A stretch of DNA of 64,000 nucleotides from an uncultured Rikenella sp. (GCA_964455705.1 CAYVYM010000002.1:67193-131192), one strand, 5' to 3'; shown: positions 1-9,695, counted from the stretch's first letter. The notes: a model not told the origin generated them from the letters alone. Translations and numbers: made by a program.

Positions 1-1
1 G

Positions 2-853
2 CTCAAGATAGTTCCCGCAACGGATGCAATCTGGAAACAGTGTCTCGACGAAGGCCTTATCGAAGTCTTCAAACAGGCTGGCGCCCTCGTCTCCAACGCA
101 GGATGCGCCGGTTGCGCAGCCGGACAGGTGGGACAGAACGGCAAAGGAGAGGTGACGGTGAGCACCGGCAACAGGAACTTCCCGGGAAAGCAGGGGCAGG
201 GCAGCGTATTCCTGGCTTCTCCGGCTATCGTAGCCTCCTCCTCTCTTGCCGGTTATATAACAACCCCTGATGCAATACCAACAGCACCCATGGAATACAC
301 CAGGAGCGAAGGCCAGCAGGCCTACCGGGCAGTCAAACAGCAGATGACAGCGACGGAAAAGCCAACGGTCATCAAAGGCAGGGTATGGCTTATTGACCGT
401 GACAACATCGATACTGACATGATCTTTCACAACAGGTATCTTGCCATAACTGATATAAACGAAATGGGGCAGTATGCCTTTGATAACCTTGAAGGATATA
501 AGGACTTTGCAAAGAGAGCACAGTCAGGAGACATAATTGTTGCCGGCAAGAACTTCGGTAGCGGAAGCTCACGCCAGCAGGCAGTCGATTGCTTTGTCTC
601 CCTGGGGATACAGGCAGTGATAGCCCGTTCCTTCGGGGCCATCTATGAACGTAACGCCATCAACGCCGCCTTTCCGGTCCTGACATACGGTTCATTCGAG
701 AAGATTGACCTGAAGGATGGTGATATCATTTCTCTCAATCTCCTCACCGGTGATGCCCTCAATGAGCGGAATGGATTAAAAACATCAATAAGCCCGTTCT
801 ATGATGCACAGTATGAGATTTATGTAAGGGGCGGCCTGCTGGGTAAAATTTAA
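2..853 (+). CDS. aconitase-family hydro-lyase with fused swivel domain (LeuC/LeuD-like), 5' end cut by window edge
   Basis: Frame 2 is open from nt 2. It reads ...SNAGCAGCAAGQVG...STGNRNFPGKQG (C-terminal cluster/active-site motifs of an aconitase-type large subunit) and runs straight into a LeuD-type swivel domain (DIIVAGKNFGSGSSRQQA). The ORF track shows only the part after an internal Met at 128. Confidence 0.8.
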   Translation, partial: LKIVPATDAIWKQCLDEGLIEVFKQAGALVSNAGCAGCAAGQVGQNGKGEVTVSTGNRNFPGKQGQGSVFLASPAIVASSSLAGYITTPDAIPTAPMEYTRSEGQQAYRAVKQQMTATEKPTVIKGRVWLIDRDNIDTDMIFHNRYLAITDINEMGQYAFDNLEGYKDFAKRAQSGDIIVAGKNFGSGSSRQQAVDCFVSLGIQAVIARSFGAIYERNAINAAFPVLTYGSFEKIDLKDGDIISLNLLTGDALNERNGLKTSISPFYDAQYEIYVRGGLLGKI

Positions 854-987
854 ATTTTCACTTCACAAAATATGAAACCCACATGATTGGCCACAATCCA
901 GGCACGAATAAATATAATCTACAAGCATGTGAGGTTCTCCCGCCTGGACGGGACAAGCTATCATACCGTTAAAATCAAAATTATATT

Positions 988-2766
988 ATGATGAAACCAA
1001 AGACATTTGTTGAGAAGGTGTTCGGGGCTCCTGAGGGAGCTGTTGTATTCAGGAAGCCTGATCTGATCCTTACACATGACAACACTGCGAGCATCTATCA
1101 GACCTTCCGGAAGATGGGAGGCGAGAAGGTCTCCGATCCCGGTCAGATGCTTGTTGTGCTTGATCATAATGCACCGCCGGCTGATGCCAAACTGGCGACA
1201 CAATACCAGGATATCCGGAATATTGTTGCTGATCAGGGTATCAGGAAGTTCTATGACTCGGGCCAGGGCATCTGCCACCAGATGATGTCAAACCATGCTC
1301 GTCCCGGGATGATAATAGTCGGCTCTGACAGTCACACATGCACCGCCGGTGCCTTCAATGCCCTTGCCGCAGGCATAGACCGCACGGAAGCTGCAGGTAT
1401 ATGGAAGCGGGGTGAGACATGGTTTCTTGTGCCGCCATCGATGCGCATTGATCTGACCGGAAAACTTCGGCCGGGTGTCAGCGCCAAGGATCTCTCCCTG
1501 TGGATTATCGGTATGCTTGGTTCTGACGGGGCCAACTACATGTCAATCGAGTTCCACGGTGAAGGAGTTGGCACTCTGAATGTGAGCGACAGGATGACTG
1601 TCGCCAACCTGGCATCCGAGATGGGAGCGAAGAATGCAGTCTTCCCCTCTGATGAGGTGCTGCAGAAGTATATTGGCTCCGCCACCGGAGGTGTCTGGGC
1701 GGATGAAGGAGCTGAATACCGGTGCCGCATATCTGTCGACCTGGCCACGATATTCCCTCTTGTTGCCGCCCCTCATAATGTAGACAACATCATGTCAGTA
1801 ACCTCTGTGGCGGGCACTGTCGTTCACGAAGGACTCATAGGCACATGCACCAACGGCAGGATTGAGGATCTCAGGACTGCTGCGTCAGTGCTGAGAGGGT
1901 CAAAGATAAAGCCGGGGTTCCAGCTTCACATCATACCCGCATCAAAGGATATCTATTTGCAGGCCATCAGGGAAGGTCTGATCACTGACATGATTGAGGC
2001 CGGCGCCAACATACTCAGTCCTTCTTGCGGACCCTGCCTCGGCACCGGACAGGGCATCCCGGCCAGCGGGCACATTGTAATATCAACCGCCAACCGCAAT
2101 TTCCTCGGTCGGATGGGAAACAAGGAGGCCTCAATCTATCTTGCTTCCCCGGCCACAGTTGCCGCATCAGCCATAGCCGGAGTCATCACTGACCCGAGGA
2201 TAACCCCCGGAGATGAGCTCTTCCCCTACAAGCCTCCGCAGAGCAAAACAAACATCATCAGCGAGGGAGAAAACAGGAAAGAAGGCAATGTATGGAACTA
2301 TGCGGATGTTGATAATCTGAACACTGACCAGATGTTTGCAGGCAAGCATACCTACAGTGTCATGAGTTCCGATGCTGCTGCAATTCTGCCTCTGCTCTTC
2401 AGCGACTTTGACTCTTCATTCAGCAAGAATGCTCAGGCAGGTGACATCATCATTGCTGGCGATAACTTCGGCTGCGGAAGCTCCCGCGAGCATCCCTCTG
2501 TCGGTCTGGCGCACCTTGGCATCAGGGCGGTCATAATCAAGTCAGTAAACCGCATCTTCTACCGGTCATCCATCAACCAGGGTCTGCCCCTCATAGTGCA
2601 CAGGGAGGCTGTTGAGGCGTACAATCCCGGCGACACCCTTGAGATAGACTTCGATAAGGGGTCTCTGCTGGTCGGCAACAGGCAGTTCTCCTTCGAGCCA
2701 CTGCCGCCGGAACTGAAGCAGATAATCGAAAAGAAGGGGCTGGTCAACTGGATGAAGACGGTCTGA
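988..2766 (+). CDS. aconitase-family hydro-lyase, fused large+small subunit (3-isopropylmalate/homoaconitate dehydratase-like), 592 aa
   Basis: GSDSHTCTAG, SPSCGPCLG and STANRNFLGRMG motifs (Fe-S cluster Cys ligands) are followed by a swivel domain (IIAGDNFGCGSSREHP). It is a paralogue of the preceding gene. Confidence 0.85.
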   Translation: MMKPKTFVEKVFGAPEGAVVFRKPDLILTHDNTASIYQTFRKMGGEKVSDPGQMLVVLDHNAPPADAKLATQYQDIRNIVADQGIRKFYDSGQGICHQMMSNHARPGMIIVGSDSHTCTAGAFNALAAGIDRTEAAGIWKRGETWFLVPPSMRIDLTGKLRPGVSAKDLSLWIIGMLGSDGANYMSIEFHGEGVGTLNVSDRMTVANLASEMGAKNAVFPSDEVLQKYIGSATGGVWADEGAEYRCRISVDLATIFPLVAAPHNVDNIMSVTSVAGTVVHEGLIGTCTNGRIEDLRTAASVLRGSKIKPGFQLHIIPASKDIYLQAIREGLITDMIEAGANILSPSCGPCLGTGQGIPASGHIVISTANRNFLGRMGNKEASIYLASPATVAASAIAGVITDPRITPGDELFPYKPPQSKTNIISEGENRKEGNVWNYADVDNLNTDQMFAGKHTYSVMSSDAAAILPLLFSDFDSSFSKNAQAGDIIIAGDNFGCGSSREHPSVGLAHLGIRAVIIKSVNRIFYRSSINQGLPLIVHREAVEAYNPGDTLEIDFDKGSLLVGNRQFSFEPLPPELKQIIEKKGLVNWMKTV

Positions 2767-2813
2767 CTCTGCCGTCCATCGCGACGGGCTGTTGACAAAA
2801 GAAAAAATGTGAT

Positions 2814-2821
2814 TATATTTG
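2814..2821 (+). promoter_or_regulatory. candidate Bacteroidota -7 promoter box (TATATTTG) for tRNA-Arg
   Basis: Perfect match to TAnnTTTG, 25 nt upstream of the tRNA 5' end. Confidence 0.4.
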
Positions 2822-2845
2822 CGGCGGTTTTTTCAACCGTGTAAT

Positions 2846-2919
2846 GGTTCCGTAGCTCAGTTGGATAGAGCAACAGCCTTCTAAGCTGTGGGTCGAGCGT
2901 TCGAGTCGCTCCGGAATCA
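2846..2919 (+). tRNA. tRNA-Arg (anticodon TCT)
   Basis: Hand-folded cloverleaf. Acceptor stem is GGTTCCG/CGGAATC (one G-T pair). D-arm is GCTCAGTTGGATAGAGC. Anticodon stem is ACAGC/GCTGT with loop CTTCTAA. T-arm is GAGCGTTCGAGTCGCTC. Discriminator is A, and CCA is not encoded. Confidence 0.9.
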
Positions 2920-2923
2920 CGAT

Positions 2924-2947
2924 GACCGGAGGTATTAGCCTCCGGTC
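2924..2947 (+). terminator. 9-bp hairpin directly after the tRNA (GACCGGAGG-TATTAG-CCTCCGGTC)
   Basis: Perfect 9-bp inverted repeat 5 nt after the tRNA and 17 nt before the trkH ATG. There is no clear T-run, so terminator function is uncertain. Confidence 0.35.
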
Positions 2948-2964
2948 TCATACCTGAAGGTGAC

Positions 2965-4410
2965 ATGAGCGCCATCAATTTTAAATCCGTACTTAAGATT
3001 ATCGGCCTGATACTGATAATCTCAGCTTCTTCTTTTCTTCTCTGCATACCTGTTGCGCTGGTCTACTCTGAACCGGTGACTCCTTTCCTGCTCGCATTCA
3101 TTACTGTCATGGTTCCAGGGATCATCCTTTATTTTCCGACCAGGAGAACACTCTACCATAAAATAACTACCAGGGAAGGCTACCTGAGCGTCACCCTTGG
3201 CTGGATTGCACTGGTTCTTTCAGGTACTCTGCCCTACATATTCAGTGAAGAGATGACCGGGTTTGTAAATATCCTGTTTGAGAGTGTATCAGGGTATACG
3301 ACTACCGGGGCATCCATACTTACGAATATAGAGGTCATGCCCAGATCGTTACTTTTCTGGCGCAGTCTGACCCACTGGATAGGAGGGATCGGTATCATCC
3401 TTCTTGTCATCATTATCCTGCCCTCTTTAAAGGTGGGTGGCTATAGCCTTTTCTCAATGGAGTCATCTCTAAAAGAGAAGATACTCCCCCGGACAAAATC
3501 CATTGCAGGGGCAATCCTGCTCATATACCTCAGCCTTACGATCGCTGAAATATTCCTGCTGACAGTTGGAGGGATGGAGCTGTTTGACAGCATCTGCCAC
3601 TCTTTCGGGACCATAGCAACGGGAGGGTTTTCTACTAAAAACAATAGCATAGCGGGTTATTCTGATTACATTCAGTATGTTATCTCATTGTTCATGTTCC
3701 TTGCAGCAACCAGTTACGTGGTCTTCTACTTCATTATAAGGAGGGCATATACAAAGGTCAGGGCTAACGAAGAATTCTGGTTTTATATCTTCTTTACGAC
3801 TGCAGCAGTGGCATCAGTGACACTAATCCTCTATATTGGCTCGGAGAGAACCTATGAGGAGGCATTTCGTCATTCACTCTTCCAGGTTCTTTCTACGATA
3901 AGCACCACAGGCTATGCCACCTCTGACTATACACTCTGGCCTGCTGCCGCGTATGTGTTTATCTTCCTTCTGATATTTGTAGGGGGATCAACCGGGTCTA
4001 CCACGGGGGGAATCAAGATGGCCAGACACCTGATATCACTGAAAAACCTGCGCAATGTGACCGTCAGGCTGCAGCATCCCAATGCGATAATGCCTGTCAA
4101 GCTGAATGGTCAGCTAATCCCCGACAACATCAACAGCCTGATGACAGTGTTCATTCAACTCTACATCGTCATCTTCATTATCGGAATGATGATTCTTCTG
4201 ATTACAGGCATACCGGCAGACGAAGCGGCAGGGGCATCCGCAGCATCTATCTCCTGTGTCGGGCCAGGCCTCGGAGCCTCGGGTAACCTGGGCAATTTCG
4301 CCCATTTCAACGGGACGGCAAAGGTCACCATGGTGCTTCTGATGATCATCGGCCGCCTTGAAATATTCACTATTATAACGCTTTTCACCAGGTCTTTCTG
4401 GCGGAAGTGA
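2965..4410 (+). CDS. trkH: TrkH/KtrB-family potassium uptake membrane protein
   Basis: 481-aa polytopic protein with four selectivity-filter-like repeats: SGYTTTGAS, IATGGFSTKN, STTGYATSD, STGSTTGGIKM. Confidence 0.85.
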   Translation: MSAINFKSVLKIIGLILIISASSFLLCIPVALVYSEPVTPFLLAFITVMVPGIILYFPTRRTLYHKITTREGYLSVTLGWIALVLSGTLPYIFSEEMTGFVNILFESVSGYTTTGASILTNIEVMPRSLLFWRSLTHWIGGIGIILLVIIILPSLKVGGYSLFSMESSLKEKILPRTKSIAGAILLIYLSLTIAEIFLLTVGGMELFDSICHSFGTIATGGFSTKNNSIAGYSDYIQYVISLFMFLAATSYVVFYFIIRRAYTKVRANEEFWFYIFFTTAAVASVTLILYIGSERTYEEAFRHSLFQVLSTISTTGYATSDYTLWPAAAYVFIFLLIFVGGSTGSTTGGIKMARHLISLKNLRNVTVRLQHPNAIMPVKLNGQLIPDNINSLMTVFIQLYIVIFIIGMMILLITGIPADEAAGASAASISCVGPGLGASGNLGNFAHFNGTAKVTMVLLMIIGRLEIFTIITLFTRSFWRK

Positions 4411-4483
4411 ATATTTTTTTTGTATTTCACCGCATAATTTTCCAAAATCTCCTAAAAAAACGATGATAATTCAAAAACTCCTT

Positions 4484-4491
4484 TACCTTTG
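4484..4491 (+). promoter_or_regulatory. candidate -7 promoter box (TACCTTTG) for the cold-shock gene
   Basis: Perfect TAnnTTTG match 24 nt upstream of the ATG at 4515. Confidence 0.45.
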
Positions 4492-4514
4492 CACCCAAAT
4501 TAATATCAAATTTT

Positions 4515-4706
4515 ATGAATAAAGGAATTGTTAAATTTTTCAATGTATCCAAAGGTTTTGGGTTCATTAAAGACGCCGACTCATCGAAAGAGTATTTTGT
4601 CCATTCAACCGGACTGATCGACAAGATCAAGGAGAATGACGAAGTTACATTTGACCTCCAGGAAGGTAAAAAAGGATTAAATGCCGTTAATGTAAGACTT
4701 GCATAG
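4515..4706 (+). CDS. cold-shock protein (CspA family)
   Basis: 63 aa. GIVKFFNVSKGFGFI (RNP1-like) and FVHSTGL (RNP2-like) motifs. Confidence 0.9.
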   Translation: MNKGIVKFFNVSKGFGFIKDADSSKEYFVHSTGLIDKIKENDEVTFDLQEGKKGLNAVNVRLA

Positions 4707-4737
4707 TTGACAATATAATGTACATTTAATGACCTTG

Positions 4738-4765
4738 GTCCCGCCCAACCGGCGGGACTTTTTTT
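4738..4765 (+). terminator. rho-independent terminator after the csp gene
   Basis: GTCCCGCC-CAACC-GGCGGGAC stem-loop followed by seven T. Confidence 0.8.
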
Positions 4766-4798
4766 GTTACTGCACGACAAACGTCCGCCGGTAAATAA

Positions 4799-4806
4799 TA
4801 TATTTG
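4799..4806 (+). promoter_or_regulatory. candidate -7 box (TATATTTG) immediately before the SDR gene
   Basis: Perfect TAnnTTTG ending 4 nt before the ATG at 4810. This would imply a leaderless or near-leaderless mRNA. Confidence 0.3.
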
Positions 4807-4809
4807 AAT

Positions 4810-5607
4810 ATGGAGCTGAAGATAAAGTACGGAGACACGGCGTTGATAGCCGGTGCATCCGAAGGTATAGGAGCTGCATTTGCTGCGGAGCTGGCCTCTT
4901 ACGGATTCAATCTGATATTGATAGCCCGCAGGATGGAGCTACTGCAGAGACTGGCCGGGGAAATCGAAGCCAGATATAAGGTTACGGCACGGTGTCTGCA
5001 ATGCGATCTGTCAGAAGAAAGTGCCGCAGATCAGGTAATGGCTTCTCTTGGGGGGACTGAGCCCGGCATCCTGATTTACAATGCAGCAATTTCTCATATC
5101 GGATCCTTCAATAAACATCCTTTAGAGAATCATTGCCAGGCTGCCCGGCTCAATATGATCACCCCATTGAAGCTGGTACACCAACTGGGAGGAAAGATGC
5201 TTGACAGAGGCAAAGGGGCTGTGATACTCATGTCATCATTGGCAGGACTTCAGGGTAGTGGTTACATTGCAACGTATGCTGCCACCAAAGCCTTCAACAG
5301 GGTGCTGGCTGAAAGCCTCTGGTATGAGTGGAAGGAGAGAGGGGTAGATATTATGGCCTGCTGCGCCGGGGCAACGGCCACTCCCGGCTACCTCAGCTCC
5401 GGACCGGCAAAAGCCAGTCTTTTTGCTCCCGCAGTGATGAAACCTGTAGAGGTTGTCAGGGAGTGCTTCAGGAGGCTGGGCAGAAAACCCTCATTTATCA
5501 GTGGCAGGGCTAACCGGACTGCTTCTTTTTTCATGCAAAGGCTGCTCCCGCGAAAGAGAGCCATAGAGATCATGGGAGACAATATCCGCAAGCTGTATCG
5601 GATATAA
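4810..5607 (+). CDS. short-chain dehydrogenase/reductase (SDR) family oxidoreductase
   Basis: GASEGIGAAF (TGxxxGxG-type) and YAATKAF (YxxxK) motifs. The track start at 4804 is a TTG; the first ATG is at 4810. Confidence 0.8.
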   Translation: MELKIKYGDTALIAGASEGIGAAFAAELASYGFNLILIARRMELLQRLAGEIEARYKVTARCLQCDLSEESAADQVMASLGGTEPGILIYNAAISHIGSFNKHPLENHCQAARLNMITPLKLVHQLGGKMLDRGKGAVILMSSLAGLQGSGYIATYAATKAFNRVLAESLWYEWKERGVDIMACCAGATATPGYLSSGPAKASLFAPAVMKPVEVVRECFRRLGRKPSFISGRANRTASFFMQRLLPRKRAIEIMGDNIRKLYRI

Positions 5608-5634
5608 TTCAACAGTTCTGGTCTGCTTAAAACA

Positions 5635-6714
5635 TCACCAGATATGAGGAATTATCCGCCACGGAACCCGTTTTCTGTATTCAGCCCATAGCTCTCCGTA
5701 TTTTGCAGAACAGCGCCTGTCATCATCATACTGCCTTGTAAAGAGGAGAAGGACATAATAAAGAGGGTAGAGCCATGGCCAGATGAGTCCGGGATAGCCG
5801 GTACAGAGAATGATCCCGGAGGCCATTAAGATCTCACCCAGGTAGTTTATATGCCTGCTTATACCCCAGAAGCCGTTCACCAACAGGCTTTTCTTATCGT
5901 CAGTAATGATCGCGGGAACGATCCCGATAAAAGATCTTTGCGGATCACGCTTGAAGAAAAACTTTTGCATGTTGGCACCCCTGGCCAGCATCCAACCGGA
6001 AAAGAAGATGACTGCATAAACCGCCAAAAGCCATGAAGGCGTATGCGGATCAGGCAGTGCCACAGTAGCCCATAAGCTTATAGTATAAAAGTAGGGGTAG
6101 AATACGATGCATCCCCACCCCAGCTTGAAGCCTATCCTCTCGGCAAAAATGTCGTATGTATAGAGGTGAACCTCCTCAAATATAAGATATTCAATAACAA
6201 ACCAGCTCAGCAGCGTCGCCGATAGCAATATTCCGGGTGAGGCAGCCTCACCGTAAGCCATAAGGTGATAAGCAGTGAAGCTTAGTATATTGAGCTCAAG
6301 CATTATGGCTCCGGCAAGATAAAGCCACATTTTGATGTCTACCCTGCCATTCAGGACCTGAAGGTTCTCAACCCTTCCCAGGAAAAGATCCGCAGCTGAC
6401 GACTTCCTGACAGGTTTGCGGGGCAGTACCAGAACTAATGTGAAGACCAGCCCCAGGGAGCATGCACCTGCCAGTCCGTGCCAGCGGTAATTGTACAGAT
6501 AATCAAATGGTACTATTCCGGTTATGCCCAGGATGAACCACAATGCTACCACTACAATGAATACAAAGATGCCGTTGATACGGTACTTCATCTTATCCAA
6601 TGATCCCGGTTTGGTGATGTAACCTGATACCCTCCTGGCAGGAAGGTATGCATTCAGAATGAAGACCACGGCCATGATAACAACCGGTGCGATGAATCCT
6701 GAAAAATTTTCCAT
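5635..6714 (-). CDS. ERG4/ERG24 (sterol C-14/C-24/7-DHC reductase) family membrane reductase homologue
   Basis: Polytopic 359-aa protein. The C-terminus GISRHINYLGEIL ... LLFTRQYDDDRRCSAKYGELWAEY matches the C-x2-K-Y-G-x2-W-x2-Y family signature. DLFLGRVEN resembles signature 1. Confidence 0.7.
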   Translation of the reverse strand: MENFSGFIAPVVIMAVVFILNAYLPARRVSGYITKPGSLDKMKYRINGIFVFIVVVALWFILGITGIVPFDYLYNYRWHGLAGACSLGLVFTLVLVLPRKPVRKSSAADLFLGRVENLQVLNGRVDIKMWLYLAGAIMLELNILSFTAYHLMAYGEAASPGILLSATLLSWFVIEYLIFEEVHLYTYDIFAERIGFKLGWGCIVFYPYFYTISLWATVALPDPHTPSWLLAVYAVIFFSGWMLARGANMQKFFFKRDPQRSFIGIVPAIITDDKKSLLVNGFWGISRHINYLGEILMASGIILCTGYPGLIWPWLYPLYYVLLLFTRQYDDDRRCSAKYGELWAEYRKRVPWRIIPHIW

Positions 6715-6844
6715 GACGATCAGTTATGGCATAAAAATAAAGGAAAATCATATTGGAGACCCCCGTTCAGGAAGAACAATTATGCTGCCAGGCTTGTTTA
6801 AATTTAAAATCAGGGATTTTTTTTAAAACTTAATACACAAAGCC

Positions 6845-7285
6845 ATGTCATCTGTCAGCATTTACTTAAACTTCGCAAGGGAGACCGAAGAGGCATTTAA
6901 CTTTTATAAGAGTGTCTTTGGCGGTGAGTTCCAGGGAGGAATAATGCGGTTCAGCGATGTACCTCCCTCAGAGAAAATGCCTCCGTTGCCGGAAGAAGAA
7001 TTGAACCTGGTAATGCATGTGTCACTGCCAATCCTTGGAGGTTTCTCGCTAATGGGCAGTGATGCCCCTCAATCGATGGGCTTCAGGGTCAACTCCGGCA
7101 ACAGCATATACATTAACCTGATGCCTGATACCAGGGAGGAGACGCGAAGGCTCTTTGCAGCCCTTTCTGAAGGCGGGATAATTGAGCAGGAACTTCAGGA
7201 TATGTTCTGGGGCGATTATTATGGCAGCTGTCGTGACAGGTTCGGGACACAGTGGATGGTCAACTGTTCGGAAAAAGCAGAGTAA
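6845..7285 (+). CDS. VOC/glyoxalase-fold protein (PhnB/YjdN-like)
   Basis: 146 aa. N-terminus IYLNFARETEEAFNFYKSVFGGEF and C-terminus FWGDYYGSCRDRFGTQWMVN are typical of the 3-demethylubiquinone methyltransferase-like VOC family. Confidence 0.65.
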   Translation: MSSVSIYLNFARETEEAFNFYKSVFGGEFQGGIMRFSDVPPSEKMPPLPEEELNLVMHVSLPILGGFSLMGSDAPQSMGFRVNSGNSIYINLMPDTREETRRLFAALSEGGIIEQELQDMFWGDYYGSCRDRFGTQWMVNCSEKAE

Positions 7286-7319
7286 CTCATGTAGAGTTGC
7301 CGCTGGTTCAAGGATGATT

Positions 7320-7946
7320 TTATGACAGCCCGAATCGTTCTTCGGCCACACGACAGATAAGATCCACCGTTGAATCTATGCCAAGGAGCGACGAGTTAAT
7401 GCAGAGATGATATGATTCGGCCGCACCCCAGGTCTTGGCGCTGAAATAGTTATAATAGGCTGACCGGCCCTTATCGGTTTTCCCGATGATCTCCATTGCT
7501 TTTTCTTCGGTGATTTTATGACTCCCCGCAATGCGCCTGATCCGGTCATCAGTGTTGGCGCTGATGAACAGATTAAGGCATTCGCGCCGCTCCTTCAAGA
7601 CATAATCGGCACATCTACCCACAAAGATGGATGAGTGCTCTTCAGCAAGTCTCCGCATAACGTCGCTTTGTATCTTAAAAAGAGTTTCATTGCTCAGGTA
7701 ATAGTTAGAAAAAAAATCGTCTGTCACAGAGCTCCTTATCCCTAACAGACCGGGAAACAGGCTGAAGTGTTTCTGCTCATCCACTCTCTCGAAGAACTCC
7801 TCTTTCAGTCCGCTTTCTTTCGAAGCTATCCGTATCAGTTCTTTGTCGTAGAAGGCTATGCCAAGACGCTCTGAGAGCTTTTGACCGATCTCACGCCCGC
7901 CACTTCCAAGTTGCCTGCCAATTGTAATTACAAATTTATTTGTCAT
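7320..7946 (-). CDS. cytidylate kinase-like family protein (P-loop)
   Basis: ITIGRQLGSGGREIGQKLSERLGIAFYDKEL N-terminus, characteristic of the Cytidylate_kin2-type family. Confidence 0.65.
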   Translation of the reverse strand: MTNKFVITIGRQLGSGGREIGQKLSERLGIAFYDKELIRIASKESGLKEEFFERVDEQKHFSLFPGLLGIRSSVTDDFFSNYYLSNETLFKIQSDVMRRLAEEHSSIFVGRCADYVLKERRECLNLFISANTDDRIRRIAGSHKITEEKAMEIIGKTDKGRSAYYNYFSAKTWGAAESYHLCINSSLLGIDSTVDLICRVAEERFGLS

Positions 7947-7969
7947 AAGCGGGACGATTAAACTTCAAT

Positions 7970-7977
7970 CAAATTTA
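7970..7977 (-). promoter_or_regulatory. candidate -7 box (TAAATTTG on minus strand)
   Basis: Perfect TAnnTTTG 24 nt upstream of the start at 7946. Confidence 0.4.
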
Positions 7978-8072
7978 CTGCTTTCTTCTGAATAGTTGTC
8001 ATTACAGTTTTACAGCCTATGTACGCATTTCAATGCCGGTAAAAAAATAATTATCTTGGCTAAGACTTCCAA

Positions 8073-9599
8073 ATGACGGAAGAAACCATTTTTAATCATA
8101 ACAATATGATTAACTACATACTTGCACTTGACCAGGGAACAACCAGTTCGAGGGCTATTGTTTTCAATCATATGGGGTTGCCAGTAGCATCAGCCCGGAA
8201 GGAGTTAACCCAGATCTTCCCCGAACCCGGATGGGTAGAGCATGATCCTGAAGATATCTGGTCAACGCAGGTGGGTGTTGCCGTTGAGGCGCTTACCAGG
8301 GTGGGCATTGACAGCTCACACATCACGGCAATTGGCATCACCAATCAGCGTGAGACAACAGTTGTCTGGAACAGGAAGACCGGAAAGCCTGTGCATAATG
8401 CCATCGTATGGCAGGACAGGCGTACATCAGGGTATTGTGATCAGCTAAAGAGGGATGGACTCGAAGATGTCATCCGGAAGAAGACCGGGCTCATTATTGA
8501 TGCCTACTTCTCCGCCACGAAAGTCAGGTGGATCCTTGACAATGTCTCCGGTGCCCGTTCAATGGCAGAGAGGGGCCAGCTGGCCTTCGGTACCGTTGAC
8601 TCCTGGCTCATCTGGAACCTTACCGGCGGCAGACTGCATGTAACAGACGTATCGAATGCCTCCAGAACCATGCTGTTCAATATAAACTCGCTGGAATGGG
8701 ACGACGAGCTGCTCCGGATCTTCAATATACCTGCAAACATGCTACCTGAGGTACGCTCCTCAAGTGAGGTCTGCGGACTAACTGCCGGTGTCTTCCCCTC
8801 GCAGGTGCCTGTTGCCGGAATTGCGGGCGACCAACAGGCAGCTCTGTTCGGACAGATGTGCATTGACCGGGGAATGGTCAAAAACACCTACGGCACAGGG
8901 TGCTTCATGATGATGAATACCGGTATAACTCCTGTGATGTCAGGAAGCAGGTTGCTGACTACTGTAGCCTGGAGGATAGGAGAAAGGACGGAGTATGCCC
9001 TGGAAGGAAGTATTTTCATTGCCGGTGCGGTGGTTCAGTGGCTCCGTGACAGCCTTGGCATCATAAAGGAATCATCGGATATTGAAAATCTGGCACGGGA
9101 GGTACTTTCGGCTGAGGGAGTATATTTTGTGCCGGCTTTTGCAGGACTTGGAGCACCATACTGGAACCAGCATGCAAGAGGTACCATTACAGGTCTCACG
9201 CGTGGCTCTACCGCCGCTCATATCGCCCGTGCAGCACTCGAGAGCATTGCCTTCCAGACACATGATGTGTTACTTGCGATGCAAAATGATTCAGGACTGA
9301 AGATTAATGAATTAAGAGTTGATGGAGGAGCAACTGTAAATGACCTCCTGATGCAGTTCCAGTCCGACATCCTTCAAGGTGATGTGGTGCGACCGGCGAT
9401 AACAGAAACCACAGCACTTGGGGCTGCTTACCTGGCCGGCCTCTCAACAGGCTACTGGAGCAGTATTGAGGATTTAAGGAGTCAATGGCAGGTTGACAGG
9501 AGATTCTCACCGGGTATGGGTTCAGGAGAGAGAGAAAAACTACTTCATGGCTGGAACCGTGCAGTCAATGCCACCCTTAATTGGAGTGACGACAGGTAA
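8073..9599 (+). CDS. glpK: glycerol kinase
   Basis: [30 protein letters not shown], the FGGY-kinase C-terminal region [18 protein letters not shown]. The start could alternatively be the Met at 8106. Confidence 0.9.
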   Translation: MTEETIFNHNNMINYILALDQGTTSSRAIVFNHMGLPVASARKELTQIFPEPGWVEHDPEDIWSTQVGVAVEALTRVGIDSSHITAIGITNQRETTVVWNRKTGKPVHNAIVWQDRRTSGYCDQLKRDGLEDVIRKKTGLIIDAYFSATKVRWILDNVSGARSMAERGQLAFGTVDSWLIWNLTGGRLHVTDVSNASRTMLFNINSLEWDDELLRIFNIPANMLPEVRSSSEVCGLTAGVFPSQVPVAGIAGDQQAALFGQMCIDRGMVKNTYGTGCFMMMNTGITPVMSGSRLLTTVAWRIGERTEYALEGSIFIAGAVVQWLRDSLGIIKESSDIENLAREVLSAEGVYFVPAFAGLGAPYWNQHARGTITGLTRGSTAAHIARAALESIAFQTHDVLLAMQNDSGLKINELRVDGGATVNDLLMQFQSDILQGDVVRPAITETTALGAAYLAGLSTGYWSSIEDLRSQWQVDRRFSPGMGSGEREKLLHGWNRAVNATLNWSDDR

Positions 9600-9695
9600 G
9601 CAATAGAAATGATACCTTCCGGCCGGACTTTGCTATCGGTAAATCATTGAACTGGCAGTTGTTGATGCAGCAAAATCAAGAACTATCAGTCTTTA

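Noticed and set aside
40-270. 76-aa Arg-rich plus-strand ORF at the window start
   Set aside because: It is out of frame with, and fully inside, the clearly homologous aconitase-family frame (frame 2). Its Arg/Gly-rich composition is typical of an off-frame reading of GC-rich coding DNA.
2846-2964. tRNA-Arg as a possible integration site for a mobile element
   Set aside because: There is no integrase, no phage or IS genes, and no repeat of the tRNA 3' end seen in the neighbouring DNA. The flanking genes are ordinary housekeeping genes.
2559-3047. 162-aa minus-strand ORF
   Set aside because: It runs antisense across the 3' end of the aconitase-family gene, the whole tRNA-Arg and the trkH start. 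It has no motif and is best explained as a chance open frame.
9600-9640. TCCGGCCGGA palindrome after glpK as a terminator
   Set aside because: The 10-nt self-complementary sequence leaves no loop and has no T-run. It is not convincing as a terminator.
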